In this document: piece after piece, positions 29,897 to 41,300 of the stretch
Numbering within the stretch: the stretch's first letter is position 1
Layout: the number at the start of each line of letters is the position of its first letter
Origin: an uncultured virus (IMG/VR IMGVR_UViG_3300045731_000049)
Lineage: Duplodnaviria; Heunggongvirae; Uroviricota; Caudoviricetes
Virus record (IMG/VR): IMGVR_UViG_3300045731_000049
Strand: one strand, 5' to 3'
Length of the DNA: 64,000 nt
Notes under the pieces: generated by a model
The model's database searches: none
What the model saw: the letters and a program-made list of their open reading frames with translations, nothing else
Told to the model about the DNA's origin: nothing
Made by a program: the position numbers and the translations under genes

Positions 29897-32800
29897 TTAC
29901 TTTGCTGTAACAATAAACCGTCCGAAGATGTTCTTGTTTTTATCTGAGATTGTTATCTCACGAGTTTGGCCTGCAACATGCGGTGTAATCTGGACTTGCA
30001 CGTACTGCGCAGGTTTCAAAGTGGCATTTACACTGAATTGTGACGTTGACCAACCAATTTCTTTCCAAGCGACACCATCACAAGTCGCATTATCACAAAT
30101 ACGGAATTTGGTTAACGCGGCCGTGCCTTTCCTATCTTGTGTAAATGTAACGGGAGCGTCATCCCTTGTTCCATTTACTCGAACGACATTCGAATATACT
30201 GGGTCGACAGGAGGTGTTACTTCAGCGCCAACAATCGTTCCAAAATAGACAGCATCTGGAATATCCATCAGCGGACGAGCTGTGACTGTGAAGGCCCCCA
30301 AATCACCACTTGGAGCAGACACAGTGATTGTTCTTGTATCGTTTGCAGCTATCAATCTTGCACGAAGTTGAACAAAAGTTCCAGGAACGACAGCTGCTTC
30401 CGTTGATGTGTGCTGTGACGTTGACCAACCAATGTCTTTCCATGTAACTGAAGAACAATCAGATGTTGGGCAGCGCTTATATTGAACTACAGAAGAGGTT
30501 ACTTTGGCTGGCTTTTTAAACGTGATAGCGACGGGATCGACATATCCTGTCAATTCAACAGGTGCTGTTTCGATCCAAACATTAGCTCCATAATCCATGT
30601 TCTCTTGTGCTGGCCCGAAGTTAAGCGTGTTCGGTACATTGCTAAGAGAACGTGTTTCAATCAGGAAGCTCCCCAATTCTTTGTTGTTTAAGGCAGGCAC
30701 TAACAGTTTGATCGAGCCTTCGGTCGAATGTGAGTTTGATGCAGCAATTCTCAACTGGAGATACTGATTTGGCTGAACCTGAATATCAGAAAAGTTGCTT
30801 CTTCCATCAGATATGAATTTCCAATCCCTAATAACCGCGTCGCAATCCGCGTCAATACACGTCCTGTAATGAAAAGCCGTAGTTGATGTATAATTTGTCT
30901 GCATTCTCAGCATCGTTGGATCACTGAAGCCACGAAGTTGAACAATGTTCGAGAAATGATAGCTATAGTCAGCGCCAACTGTCGGATCGACACCTCGCTT
31001 ATCTCCTCCAAGAATGACTGTTGCAATATCGTTGCTAAAGCCGCGAGATGTGGCCTTAAAAGAACCAAATTGCGTAAGCGAATTAGTTGGTTTGGCTGCC
31101 CAATAGGCTATCACCTCAATTGAAGTTGAAACCGAATTAGAGACAGTCAAACGCAGACGCAGGTATTCGTTTGGATTTACATTGAAATTCATTGAACTCG
31201 ATGTCGACCAATTTTTCCAATCCCCTATTCCGTTTTCGCAGTCGCTGAATGTCGTGCAGATCAGATATTCACGTTTCGTGGAAACCCCAACAGGTTTTAA
31301 TCGAACTTCTGTTACATCCGAAAATCCAGTGAGTTGGACCGTTTTACTAAGCACCGCTTCAGAACGTTCGACATCAACAGCTTCTGGACCAAAATCCACT
31401 TCGGTGATTGTGTTACTATAACCACGGTTCGTGATTGCCCACTGTGAGCTCTTTCCACCAATATTGACAGTGGTGTAGGCCTTCAGCGAGAAGGTGCTGG
31501 AAGTCGTTCTCCGCAACTGCAGATAACTGTTAGGTAAAATAGTTGTGTTGGTGACAGAGCTTGTCGTTGCGCTCCAGTTTCCATCTGAACAGTTAGAGGC
31601 ACTGCAAATTCGATACGCATAATCTGCACCCGATATCGTGAGAACGGCAGGAGCAACGATCCCTGTTACATGTACAGGGTTTGTTGTATATAATGTGGAC
31701 AAATCTGCGGCCAGTATTTCTTCATCCGCAAAACTATAAATAGCTGTTGGATTTTTGGCATCGATGCTAATAGCTATCTCCGTTGCCTCTACGTCGTCTC
31801 TGGCAACAACGACACGATTGCGATAGTTTCCGACAAAAGGTGTTCCACTTATAACACCAGTTACAGGATCAACACTCAGACCATCAACTTCGCTTCCAGG
31901 TTTCCAAGAGAATTGAACAGGTCCGACATTATTAGAAATTTCAGGTTCCGCAGACGTAAATGGTTGCCCCGCATCGACTGAATAAGATGTTGTTTTATAA
32001 TCTATTCCAAGCTTAACCAGATTTATGTAAGCACGGCTGTGCGAGAAAATTTGGTCCTGATCATCTGTGTATATAGAATAGACAAGGCTCGTTCCCGTTT
32101 GCGTTATCGGAATTGTGCCGCTAATTGTCCCGGTTTCTGGGTCGATGCTTAGGAACTTGGGAAGATAGCTGTCTAAAAATTTGGTTTTACCTGCTGGAAC
32201 TCCTTGCATAAGAACAGCAGGCTTTGAAACAAACGGCACTCCACGTCTCACATCAAATGATTGAACATTGTAAAGAGGTGGGGGATTCGAGTAAATCTGA
32301 ATATCGAATTCATTAGAATCTGATCTGTTCTCAGCAGTATCCGTAAGTGTAATCACGTATCCGGTGTATTTACCTACATTAGAAATTGATACGATACCGC
32401 TAATTACACCAGTCGTTTCATTTATCGAGAGAGTACCCGGCAGCGCTTTGTTAAGCGTGTAGACATCACCAAGTTTCTTCGGCGATACCGTAGGAGTAAT
32501 CGTTACAATACCGCTGCTGGCTTGCCATCGATAAAGCGCATTTGTGGTTACGCTTGGTAAAATTCCACTAGGATGGACAACTACTGAAAACTCATTCGAC
32601 GTCGCCCGATCACCAAGCCCGTCTACACCTTCAATAAAATATCCTTTGAAATTTCCCAGAACGGTTGGTGTTCCAGAAATCGCTCCATTACTCTTATTGA
32701 ATGTAAGACCAGTGGGCAGGGTAGGACCCAAAAGTTCATATCTTACAGTTCCAATCGCGTATTCCACGCTTGGCCGCAGTGCCGACATTTCGGTACTCGC

Positions 32801-35800
32801 CGTCACGTTTGACGTCTCACGCATCGACAGCATGAGATTTGGAATAACTTCAATCGTAATCGGCTTTGACGTCACACGATTTGTACTATCAGTGACATGG
32901 ATATTGCCTGTCACGCGAACGGGACTATCGAATTTACCTGAAATTTCACCAGTGACGGGATCAAGTTTGATTCCATGGCTAGCCAGGTCATCTGAATAGA
33001 ATGAATAATCACCAACCGCATTTTTCACCAATGGTAGCTGCGATAAAAATGCCAAACCACTCTTGGTCTGGACAGAATAAGTAGTCAGGGATATTGGGAG
33101 GCCATTAGTAGTAACGACGTAATTCACTGTTTGTGAAGCTGATCCACCCACGCTATCGGTAGCTCTAAATGTGGCGGTAAAGAATCCAAGCTGTGTAGGT
33201 AAGCCAGACACAATTCCATCAGAGAGAGACAAACCTGTAGGAATATCACCACTTGTTATGGTCCATGTCACTTCCCCAACAGCGTTCTTTACAGTCGCCT
33301 TTTGCGAAAACTTTTGGTTGACCAATAAGTTCTGATCCTCGGCCATCGCTATTTCCAAAGGAAGGCGCTGACCAACCGTGATCGTGATGTTCCCAGTGGT
33401 GTATGTGTTGTTCGATGTACCCTCATCAATTGCCCTGATACTGAACGTTAGGGTGCCAATGGCTGAAGGAGCGCCAGTAATTTCACCAGTCTTGGAGTTC
33501 AACGTCAAATTGCCTATAGAGCCGTTGGCGACGGTGAAGGTAACTTCATCGATAGCATTTTCGACAACTGGCTGAATGCGTATTGGTGCATGCTGGTTTG
33601 CAGACGTATTGTCGTACGTGACCATCAGTTCATCAACAACCTTGAGGGTAATCTGGAACGTCGTTTTACGGCCAACCGAATCTGTTGCACCAACAGTGAC
33701 CACCTGACCACCAGTTGAGGACGGAACTCCCGTGAAAACGCCATAAGTCGTACTGAATGTCAGCCCCAGCGGGGTAGGGGTCGTCGTTGAGTAAGTGACC
33801 GTACCGACAGCGCCTTTCACCTGTGGAGCTTCGGTCTGCATGAGAGTGCCAACTCGTCCCGAAACAGCTAGATTGGCGACAGAAAACTGCTGATTTGGCG
33901 CTACGACTATACGGAGCGGTTCAGACGATGCTGTCGTTCCGTCTGTATCTCTGCCTGCAACGACTATCCCTTCGAAAACCCCAACCTTGAGCGGTGTTCC
34001 TCCAAACGATCCATCCTTGGCGTTGAACGTAAGGCCATCAGGAAGCACACCAGCAACGGAATAGGCGACTTCACCTACTGCATAGGTTGGTTCAAGAGGA
34101 CGTTTTGGAAGACCTGAGGCTGAATTTTCAGTCAGTGGATTCGTGAAGTTATAGGCGAGCTTCAGTGGCTGACGTTCTGTAATTGTCAGCTTGGTTGTGG
34201 CCGTAGCACGTGTTCCTGCACTGTCCACGACTGCCACAGTGATGTTTTGCGTCTCACCCACTTTAGAAGGTTTACCACTAATGGTGCCGCTGGTCGGGTT
34301 AAACATCAGTCCATCTGGAAGAGTTCCAGTTATTGAAAAGGACACCGATCCAATAGCATTAGTGGTTTCAGGTTCAATGATAGTCGCGGCCAAACGTGGC
34401 AATTCATAGCTCCCGTTCAGTTTCAGCGTCATTGCAGCCGTGAACGTCAGCTTGAGCGTCTTCGTTGCTGTGCGGTTCAAGTTGTCCGTGGCGGTAATCG
34501 CGACTGTCACTTCACTCGGATCAGAAGCTTGTCCAGAGAATTTTCCATCTGGACTGAGTGTCACACCTGCAGGCAACGATCCGCTGGTGACTGCAAATGA
34601 AACCGACTGTGAAAAGTTCTTGGCTTCGAGGACGATGTTGAGTGGACGATAAACTGACCAACGAATGTCTTTAGAGACAATTTCCATGTCCTCAGGAGGC
34701 GTAACCGTCACGTCGAATGGCTTAGTTTCAGCAACTGCGCCTTCGTCATCTGTCACAGTTATAACGATATCAGATGAACGGCCTTCGACAGTCGGTTTAC
34801 CAATGATTGCGCCATCAGGAGACAAACTGAGACCGGTTGGAAGCACACCTGATTTCAACGCGTAGGTAGCTTTTCCCGCAGGATTGACTGCCCTCACAAA
34901 AGGCGATGCGTAAGTCCCGAACGCGGCAAAGCTGTCGCGAAGAACTTCTACTGAAAGCGGTTCTTTTTCTAAAACTCTGATGGAGAATGAGTTCGACGTA
35001 GCTCTATCACCAGCACCGTCTGTGACTTGCATTGAAAGAGGACCATAGTAACCATTGATCTTGGCTTTGCCCGTAATTGTGCCCGTATTCGAATTAAATA
35101 GGAGACCTTCTGGCAGAGAACCCGTCAGACGAAAATCACCAAGTGATGCTTTTTCGTTGGGGATCAGCGTATTCTTTTCATATTTAGGAACGATAATTGC
35201 ATCTGTTGTAAGACGGGTCAATTCGACTGATGCAGGTTCAATAGAGATAGAAAGTGGATTGTAAGCAGAAACACCTACAACGAAAGGAGTGGAAATTGTT
35301 CCGTTCGCGTCTTTGACTTGCAACGCTATATTCTTGGCTCCTGCAATCGCATAAGTGCCAGAAATCACCCCTGTCATTTCATTGAGTACAACTCCATCCA
35401 GTGCAGTCTGCCCTTCGGCTAGTGTAAATTCATATGGCGCTCGGCCATCAGAAATGACAGGCATTGGCGTCGAAAAACTCTTACCAATCCGGACATGTGT
35501 GTGAGCGATAGCAGCAACCTTAAGAGGCTTTTCGTGAACGACCATCTTGAATTCATTAGACGACGCAGAATATCCCCTAGACGTCGACACATTCAGAACG
35601 ATCCTTTCCTTAACTTCAGCCTTCGTAGGCGTACCAGAGATCGTACCTGAAGCCGCATCTATGGTCATGCCTTCTGGCAATTCCCCTTTCTCTATTTTCC
35701 ATGTCGGTGTTGCATCTATTTCCTTGGCATAAAGATTCATAGTATTAAAGGTGCCAACGAATAAATTGCGATCCTGTATGTTATTTATGTCAAGATCCGG

Positions 35801-36724
35801 CGAGCGGCTGTTGATCATGAAGTAGTTTGAATAACCAACAGTTCCATCAGTATCGAAGCCAATCATACGGATACGAGCACTGGTGTCAAAAGTTGACACT
35901 GAACCCGTGATGCGCCCATCTTCGCTCGAAAATCCAAGATTTGCGGGGAGAGAATCTCCTTCAATCTTCCATTTCAGCTTACCTACTGTATTGGTCGCGG
36001 ATGCTGATAGAGAAAGATATTTATTAGGTTCAACAAAAAGGTCATCAATGAAACTAATTACTGGCCCCACATTTACAACGAGTTTGCCGTAAACCAACTT
36101 GGAATTTACGCCCGTAAAATCCTTACCCTGCATTGCGAACGAGAAAACGCCCTCAAGGCCTTCTGGCGGAGTGCCAATGATGTTCATTCCGCTCATCCGT
36201 GCCCATGACGGTAGCGGGATGATTGGTTCCCATGAATAGGCTTCACCTGGTGTAGCGATAGCCTGTTCGAAGAAACGATCTGAATGCGCATAGACGGTCA
36301 CTTCCTTCGACGTCGGATCGCGTTCTAAAACCGTGATATCGACATTGACCTTTGACACATCTCCGCCATTTGACGACACGCCTATCAACGACATGGTCGA
36401 TTTGCCTCGGCCAATCGCCGTGCCTTCAATGATGCCAGAATCTGAATTAAGCTTTAAGCCGCGTGGTTCCCCACCTGATTTAACAATCCAGCTATTGGCA
36501 GTTTTACCTGGCTTAAGAGGTATTTGGAAGGAACTTTGCTCCCCAATGAATGCGATAAATGATGCCGTTATATCGTAATCACTCTCGTTAACGGGAGATT
36601 CAGGATCAATCGTAGAATAATTGATATTGCCTGATTTATATCTAAATATATATGAATCTGCATACACAGGCGGGGCAATTAATGATACAGACAATAACGC
36701 TGAAATTAATGATTTAAAATTCAC
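29897..36724 (-). CDS. giant secreted Ig-like (He_PIG-type) repeat protein, putative adhesin (paralog A)
   Basis: Signal peptide; about 18 GLxxxxxxGxIxGxP repeats; five C-terminal Cys-pair modules. Confidence 0.9.
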   Translation of the reverse strand: MNFKSLISALLSVSLIAPPVYADSYIFRYKSGNINYSTIDPESPVNESDYDITASFIAFIGEQSSFQIPLKPGKTANSWIVKSGGEPRGLKLNSDSGIIEGTAIGRGKSTMSLIGVSSNGGDVSKVNVDITVLERDPTSKEVTVYAHSDRFFEQAIATPGEAYSWEPIIPLPSWARMSGMNIIGTPPEGLEGVFSFAMQGKDFTGVNSKLVYGKLVVNVGPVISFIDDLFVEPNKYLSLSASATNTVGKLKWKIEGDSLPANLGFSSEDGRITGSVSTFDTSARIRMIGFDTDGTVGYSNYFMINSRSPDLDINNIQDRNLFVGTFNTMNLYAKEIDATPTWKIEKGELPEGMTIDAASGTISGTPTKAEVKERIVLNVSTSRGYSASSNEFKMVVHEKPLKVAAIAHTHVRIGKSFSTPMPVISDGRAPYEFTLAEGQTALDGVVLNEMTGVISGTYAIAGAKNIALQVKDANGTISTPFVVGVSAYNPLSISIEPASVELTRLTTDAIIVPKYEKNTLIPNEKASLGDFRLTGSLPEGLLFNSNTGTITGKAKINGYYGPLSMQVTDGAGDRATSNSFSIRVLEKEPLSVEVLRDSFAAFGTYASPFVRAVNPAGKATYALKSGVLPTGLSLSPDGAIIGKPTVEGRSSDIVITVTDDEGAVAETKPFDVTVTPPEDMEIVSKDIRWSVYRPLNIVLEAKNFSQSVSFAVTSGSLPAGVTLSPDGKFSGQASDPSEVTVAITATDNLNRTATKTLKLTFTAAMTLKLNGSYELPRLAATIIEPETTNAIGSVSFSITGTLPDGLMFNPTSGTISGKPSKVGETQNITVAVVDSAGTRATATTKLTITERQPLKLAYNFTNPLTENSASGLPKRPLEPTYAVGEVAYSVAGVLPDGLTFNAKDGSFGGTPLKVGVFEGIVVAGRDTDGTTASSEPLRIVVAPNQQFSVANLAVSGRVGTLMQTEAPQVKGAVGTVTYSTTTPTPLGLTFSTTYGVFTGVPSSTGGQVVTVGATDSVGRKTTFQITLKVVDELMVTYDNTSANQHAPIRIQPVVENAIDEVTFTVANGSIGNLTLNSKTGEITGAPSAIGTLTFSIRAIDEGTSNNTYTTGNITITVGQRLPLEIAMAEDQNLLVNQKFSQKATVKNAVGEVTWTITSGDIPTGLSLSDGIVSGLPTQLGFFTATFRATDSVGGSASQTVNYVVTTNGLPISLTTYSVQTKSGLAFLSQLPLVKNAVGDYSFYSDDLASHGIKLDPVTGEISGKFDSPVRVTGNIHVTDSTNRVTSKPITIEVIPNLMLSMRETSNVTASTEMSALRPSVEYAIGTVRYELLGPTLPTGLTFNKSNGAISGTPTVLGNFKGYFIEGVDGLGDRATSNEFSVVVHPSGILPSVTTNALYRWQASSGIVTITPTVSPKKLGDVYTLNKALPGTLSINETTGVISGIVSISNVGKYTGYVITLTDTAENRSDSNEFDIQIYSNPPPLYNVQSFDVRRGVPFVSKPAVLMQGVPAGKTKFLDSYLPKFLSIDPETGTISGTIPITQTGTSLVYSIYTDDQDQIFSHSRAYINLVKLGIDYKTTSYSVDAGQPFTSAEPEISNNVGPVQFSWKPGSEVDGLSVDPVTGVISGTPFVGNYRNRVVVARDDVEATEIAISIDAKNPTAIYSFADEEILAADLSTLYTTNPVHVTGIVAPAVLTISGADYAYRICSASNCSDGNWSATTSSVTNTTILPNSYLQLRRTTSSTFSLKAYTTVNIGGKSSQWAITNRGYSNTITEVDFGPEAVDVERSEAVLSKTVQLTGFSDVTEVRLKPVGVSTKREYLICTTFSDCENGIGDWKNWSTSSSMNFNVNPNEYLRLRLTVSNSVSTSIEVIAYWAAKPTNSLTQFGSFKATSRGFSNDIATVILGGDKRGVDPTVGADYSYHFSNIVQLRGFSDPTMLRMQTNYTSTTAFHYRTCIDADCDAVIRDWKFISDGRSNFSDIQVQPNQYLQLRIAASNSHSTEGSIKLLVPALNNKELGSFLIETRSLSNVPNTLNFGPAQENMDYGANVWIETAPVELTGYVDPVAITFKKPAKVTSSVVQYKRCPTSDCSSVTWKDIGWSTSQHTSTEAAVVPGTFVQLRARLIAANDTRTITVSAPSGDLGAFTVTARPLMDIPDAVYFGTIVGAEVTPPVDPVYSNVVRVNGTRDDAPVTFTQDRKGTAALTKFRICDNATCDGVAWKEIGWSTSQFSVNATLKPAQYVQVQITPHVAGQTREITISDKNKNIFGRFIVTAK

Positions 36725-36864
36725 TAATCAAACTCCTTATTCAACGATCTAATTATTTAACACCATGTTGTATTGGTCAACTAAGCATCAGCGAACATTT
36801 GCAAATTTCTGTTTACATATAAAACGATCTCATTAAGATGACGCTAAATTGCTAACAACATGTA

Positions 36865-37179
36865 GTGTGTCAAGGTGAGGGACCTGTGAAACAGACAAAA
36901 TCGGCAATCAGAAAATATCATGTCAGCCACGGACATTTGACAAACACGACGTTATCTCCAGTCACGGCACTCCTGCAAGAACGCGAGAGAATCGAGCGGC
37001 CAGTATATAAAACTGAACACTACGACCGATCCCCCAAAGCCGATGTCGATCCGGCAAACCCATTTTCACGACTAGCAGACTGGCGAACGAGGCATTCCAC
37101 TGAAGATGCCAATGAGAAACAATCTGAGCTTATGACAGATAACCAGAAGTTTCTTAATCGCGGTTGGGGCTTTTTTTGA
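36865..37179 (+). CDS. possible small hypothetical ORF upstream of flagellin
   Basis: 104-aa ORF, start uncertain. Confidence 0.3.
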   Translation: MCQGEGPVKQTKSAIRKYHVSHGHLTNTTLSPVTALLQERERIERPVYKTEHYDRSPKADVDPANPFSRLADWRTRHSTEDANEKQSELMTDNQKFLNRGWGFF

Positions 37180-37204
37180 CCTAGTTCTAACCCTAAAGGT
37201 TTTG

Positions 37205-37220
37205 TTAATAATTTGTTAAC
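37205..37220 (+). promoter_or_regulatory. CtrA-binding box TTAA-N7-TTAAC
   Basis: TTAA-TAATTTG-TTAAC about 130 bp upstream of the flagellin start; matches the alphaproteobacterial CtrA consensus. Confidence 0.65.
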
Positions 37221-37347
37221 GAATTGGGCTATAGAACTCAGAGCAAGCTGGAATCATCGCATGTAAGCGAATGATCGACATGATGTCACCTCCAGCTTTT
37301 CGGTTCAAATCCGAAATGTCCCTATTCTCAAATTCGGGACTCAAACT

Positions 37348-38298
37348 ATGTCCAGCATTCTGACTAACGCTTCGGCGATGACCGCTCTGCAGACCCTTTC
37401 TGCTACTAACAAGAATCTTGCAACGACTCAGAGCCGTATTTCTACGGGCATGAAAGTTGCAGAAGCTCAAGATAATGCGGCGTACTGGTCAATCGCAACC
37501 ACGATGCGTTCTGATAATAAAGCAAATGATGTCGTTACCAGCTCTCTGGGCCTTGGCGGTGCGAAGATTGATACTGCGTATACCGCAGTGAAAGACACCA
37601 TTTCTGTCGTCGACCAGATCAAAGAGAAGGTTCTTTCTGCTAAGAACGCTTCCGCTGACGACCGTGCCAAGATTCAGACGGAAATCACCGCCCTGCAGAA
37701 GCAGCTTGGTGAAAGCGTCAAGGCGTCCTACGCAGGTTCAAACCTGTTGAGCACGGACGCTGCAAAAGACACTGGAGCAGGCTCTCAGCCAAATTTTAGC
37801 ATCGTTTCCTCCTATAATCGTGCGACGGACGGTACGGTTTCAACTGGTTCTATCGACGTCGCACTGAAAGACATTCGTCTTTTTGACAACGGTGCGGCTA
37901 GCGGAACCGCAACGGGTGGCATTCTTGACAAGACCTTCGCTGTTACTCCATCTGGAGGTACAGCAACCAATGTGTCTGTCTTAACCCTTGATGTATCAGA
38001 TGCAGCCGTTGATAACGATGCACTAGATGATATGCTCGCAGGCATTGAAACGGCCGCAGGTGGACTCGCCACGGCCGCATCGACACTTGGTGCAGCGAAG
38101 ACGCGCGTTGATCTGCAAACGACACTGGTTAAGAGCCTGTCTGATGCAATCGACCGTGGTATTGGCTCAATGGTTGATGCAGACATGAATGCTGAATCGG
38201 CGAAGCTATCTGCTCTCCAAGTTCAGCAGCAGCTAGGCGTTCAGGCACTCTCGATTGCAAATCAGAGCACCCAGAACATTCTGTCTCTCTTCCGTTAA
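37348..38298 (+). CDS. fla: flagellin (Rhizobiales FlaA-type)
   Basis: MSSILTNASAMTALQTL...RISTG...DNAAYWSIA N-terminus and VDADMNAESAKLSALQVQQQLGVQALSIAN...ILSLFR C-terminus. Confidence 0.95.
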   Translation: MSSILTNASAMTALQTLSATNKNLATTQSRISTGMKVAEAQDNAAYWSIATTMRSDNKANDVVTSSLGLGGAKIDTAYTAVKDTISVVDQIKEKVLSAKNASADDRAKIQTEITALQKQLGESVKASYAGSNLLSTDAAKDTGAGSQPNFSIVSSYNRATDGTVSTGSIDVALKDIRLFDNGAASGTATGGILDKTFAVTPSGGTATNVSVLTLDVSDAAVDNDALDDMLAGIETAAGGLATAASTLGAAKTRVDLQTTLVKSLSDAIDRGIGSMVDADMNAESAKLSALQVQQQLGVQALSIANQSTQNILSLFR

Positions 38299-38322
38299 TA
38301 TCGGTAGAGAAGCAGATTATTA

Positions 38323-38348
38323 GAGGCGGTGGAGAAATCCATCGCCTC
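38323..38348. terminator. hairpin between flagellin and the convergent adhesin
   Basis: GAGGCGGTGGA-GAAA-TCCATCGCCTC. Confidence 0.7.
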
Positions 38349-38362
38349 CTTGTATAAGCGCG

Positions 38363-41300
38363 CTAGTTTCCAGCTGTTGCTTTCCAAGTTCCTATATTTA
38401 CGTATTCACCATTTCTTTTGTTGGCGACAACGATCTCTGCCGAATTTCCAGCACCGGTAAACTTGGTCACACGTAGTCTCATGAATTTACGAGAAACTAC
38501 GACATTTACATCACTGCCGTTTGGAATTGCAGTCCATCCAGTCGTTGCCTCGCAAACTGCAAGCGTGTCGCATGTCTTATATTGAACTGCATTTGCTGAA
38601 TTATACGTCATGCGCATGGTCGCCATATCTTTAAAACCAGTCAATGTGGCTATTGCCGACTCAATGGGAACGTTTAGCTCCGCATCCACGACTTCTGGCC
38701 CGAAATCTAACTGGTCAATGATTGTCTGTGAATCGCGAGATATAAACGTCACTGAGCCAATGTCATCAAATGTAGCTGTTCCATCTACCGCATATGACAA
38801 AGTAAATACCCCTGAATCACTTGTTGTAGATGCCGTCTTTACTCTAACGCCAATATATTCGTTTGGTTTTACAGTTGTTATTTTGGAGCCGGAACCTATG
38901 CTTGCCCATCCCGACGTCATTTCCTCAGCTAATCTGCACTCTTCGTGTGTTTGGCAAATCTTATATTGCCCTGACAAAGTAGCCCCTCCAGTTTTTATAA
39001 AACGTAAGGTCGGGTTTTCCAAAGCACCAGTGATTTGAACTATTGCGGCTTTTGAATAAGTGTTCAATTCAATGCCATCAATATCTGGGCCGAACGAAAC
39101 TGGGTCTACGTTTACACTCTTATCTCGGGTGGAAACTGTAAATGTTGTCAGTTCTACGTAACCATTATTAAATAGTTTATCATATTGTATTATGGATGAA
39201 CCACTGCTCCCAAAGTTGGGATGAGCCTGAATTCTCAAGCGCATAAATGTTCCTGGATTCACCATAATCGAGGTGGTACTTGCAGTACTCCAACCATCTT
39301 CCCCTAAATTATCACACGCTTCGCGAGTTGCACATATCTGGTACTGTCGTGCATTCACGGTACCAGTTAAACCAAACCGCATGCGCGTCTGATCCAAAAA
39401 TCCTTTCATCTCGATGGTGTTACTCATTTTCCACTCCAACGGATTGGCTACGAGCGGGCCACCAATATCTACAGGATCCGGCGTATGGCTTCTCGCACGT
39501 GTGCTTACGGACCATGTCGTGAACGGAAGATATGATCCATTGGCTGGATTACGATATCCACCTTTTACATAAACCGTGCCGGAATAAACGTTAAGGCTCA
39601 TCGTCACTCTGAGACGGACGTATTGGTCAGGCTTTACATCAGGATAAACGTTCTGGTTTGCAACCTTCCACACCTGTCCCAATGAGGTTTGAGCCTCTGT
39701 GGTGTTGCATTCTGCAAGCGTGTCACACAGAAGGTAATGAAGAGAGCCACTCGGTGAACCTCCTGTTGCACTTTGTGACGTCACAAACTGAATTTTTGTG
39801 TTGTCCAAGAAACCATTTAACTGGAAAACATCAGAATATTCGATGGAATTTGGTTCTACTGTCCGAGGGTCTCCAAGATCAACGGAATTTATTTCCCAAC
39901 TTGACTTACGTGTTCCAATACTCCAAGCGGAAGAAGTTCCATTAATACTTACAAAAAGCGATTCAGTTGCTCCCGCAGAATTAGAAGAATTTCTCTTTAA
40001 TTGGATATACTGACCTGGTTGAATCGAGTCAGTTCTTGAAGTGGTCCCAGTTTTCCAATCCGCATCGCTACAGTCATCGATATTGCAAATGCGATGGCTA
40101 TACGCTCTGGTCTGCTGAGAAGATATGTTCACGGTAGATTGAAGCGCGATGCCTGTTACCTGCACCGGACGTGTTGTGAATTCCTGATTGGTTTCGACCC
40201 CAGTCAGATTTTCTGACTCGAAACTGAATATTGCAGGTGGATTTCCACCACGAACATTGACGGAAAACGTTGCAGTCTCGGTATCATCTTTAACCACAAC
40301 CTTACGACCATCGAACGTACCAGACGGCATTATACCTGTGATTACACCTGTGGTCGAATTAACATTCAGCCCCGGAACCTCACTACCTTCTTCCCATGCA
40401 AACGAAACCGGACCAACACTGTTTTTGACCTCTGGGGTGACGCTGGTTACGGAAATTCCTGAATTACCTGTGATTGTTGGCGTTGATATAGAGGCGATTA
40501 GCCTTACGATATCCATGCGAACTGTGTTGTTTGTATAACTGCTTATTTCATCACTTACTGCGAAGTAAGGTTCTAACGAACTCTGGTTGTAATTTATAGG
40601 GAACGTGCCACTTACAGCTCCCGTTTGGGGGTCCATAGTCAAATAAGACGGGAAATTTGTCCCTTTAAAAGTTACAGACCCAGCAGGTATTCCTGCTGTT
40701 AATCGTGCTGGCCCCGTTTGGAACGGCACACCACGGCGAACATTAACACTGTCTATGGTGTAGGCTGGTACTGGGTTTGAGCGAACGTTGATGCTGAATT
40801 CGTTGCTTTTGGCCTCATTACCAAGCGTGTCAGTAAGCGTGATGACATAGCCATCGTTGCGGCTGACGTCACTATTGCTCAGATACCCACCGACTTCGCC
40901 CGTTTCTGGGTTTATTGCAACCAATCCTGGCAGCTCCTTATTGATCGTATATACGTCTCCAATCTTCTTCGCAGTTACACTGGGGGTTAACGTCACACGC
41001 GAAGAACCAGCTTGCCAAAGATATGTTGTGTTGGTCTTAACTGTCGGCAGAATGCCACTCGCATATACCTTAATTGCGAACTCATTGCTGACTTGTCGGT
41101 CACCAACGGCATCAATTGCTTCAATATAATATCCCGTAAAATCGCCAAGAGCAGTCGGAGTTCCAGACACTGTCGCCGCCGTCTTACTAAACGATAGTCC
41201 AGTAGGCAGGGCGGGGCCAACCAGTTCGTATTTGACGGAACCAATGGCATATTCAACCGTGGGCTTCACAACAGCCATTTCAGTACTCGCAGTGACATTG

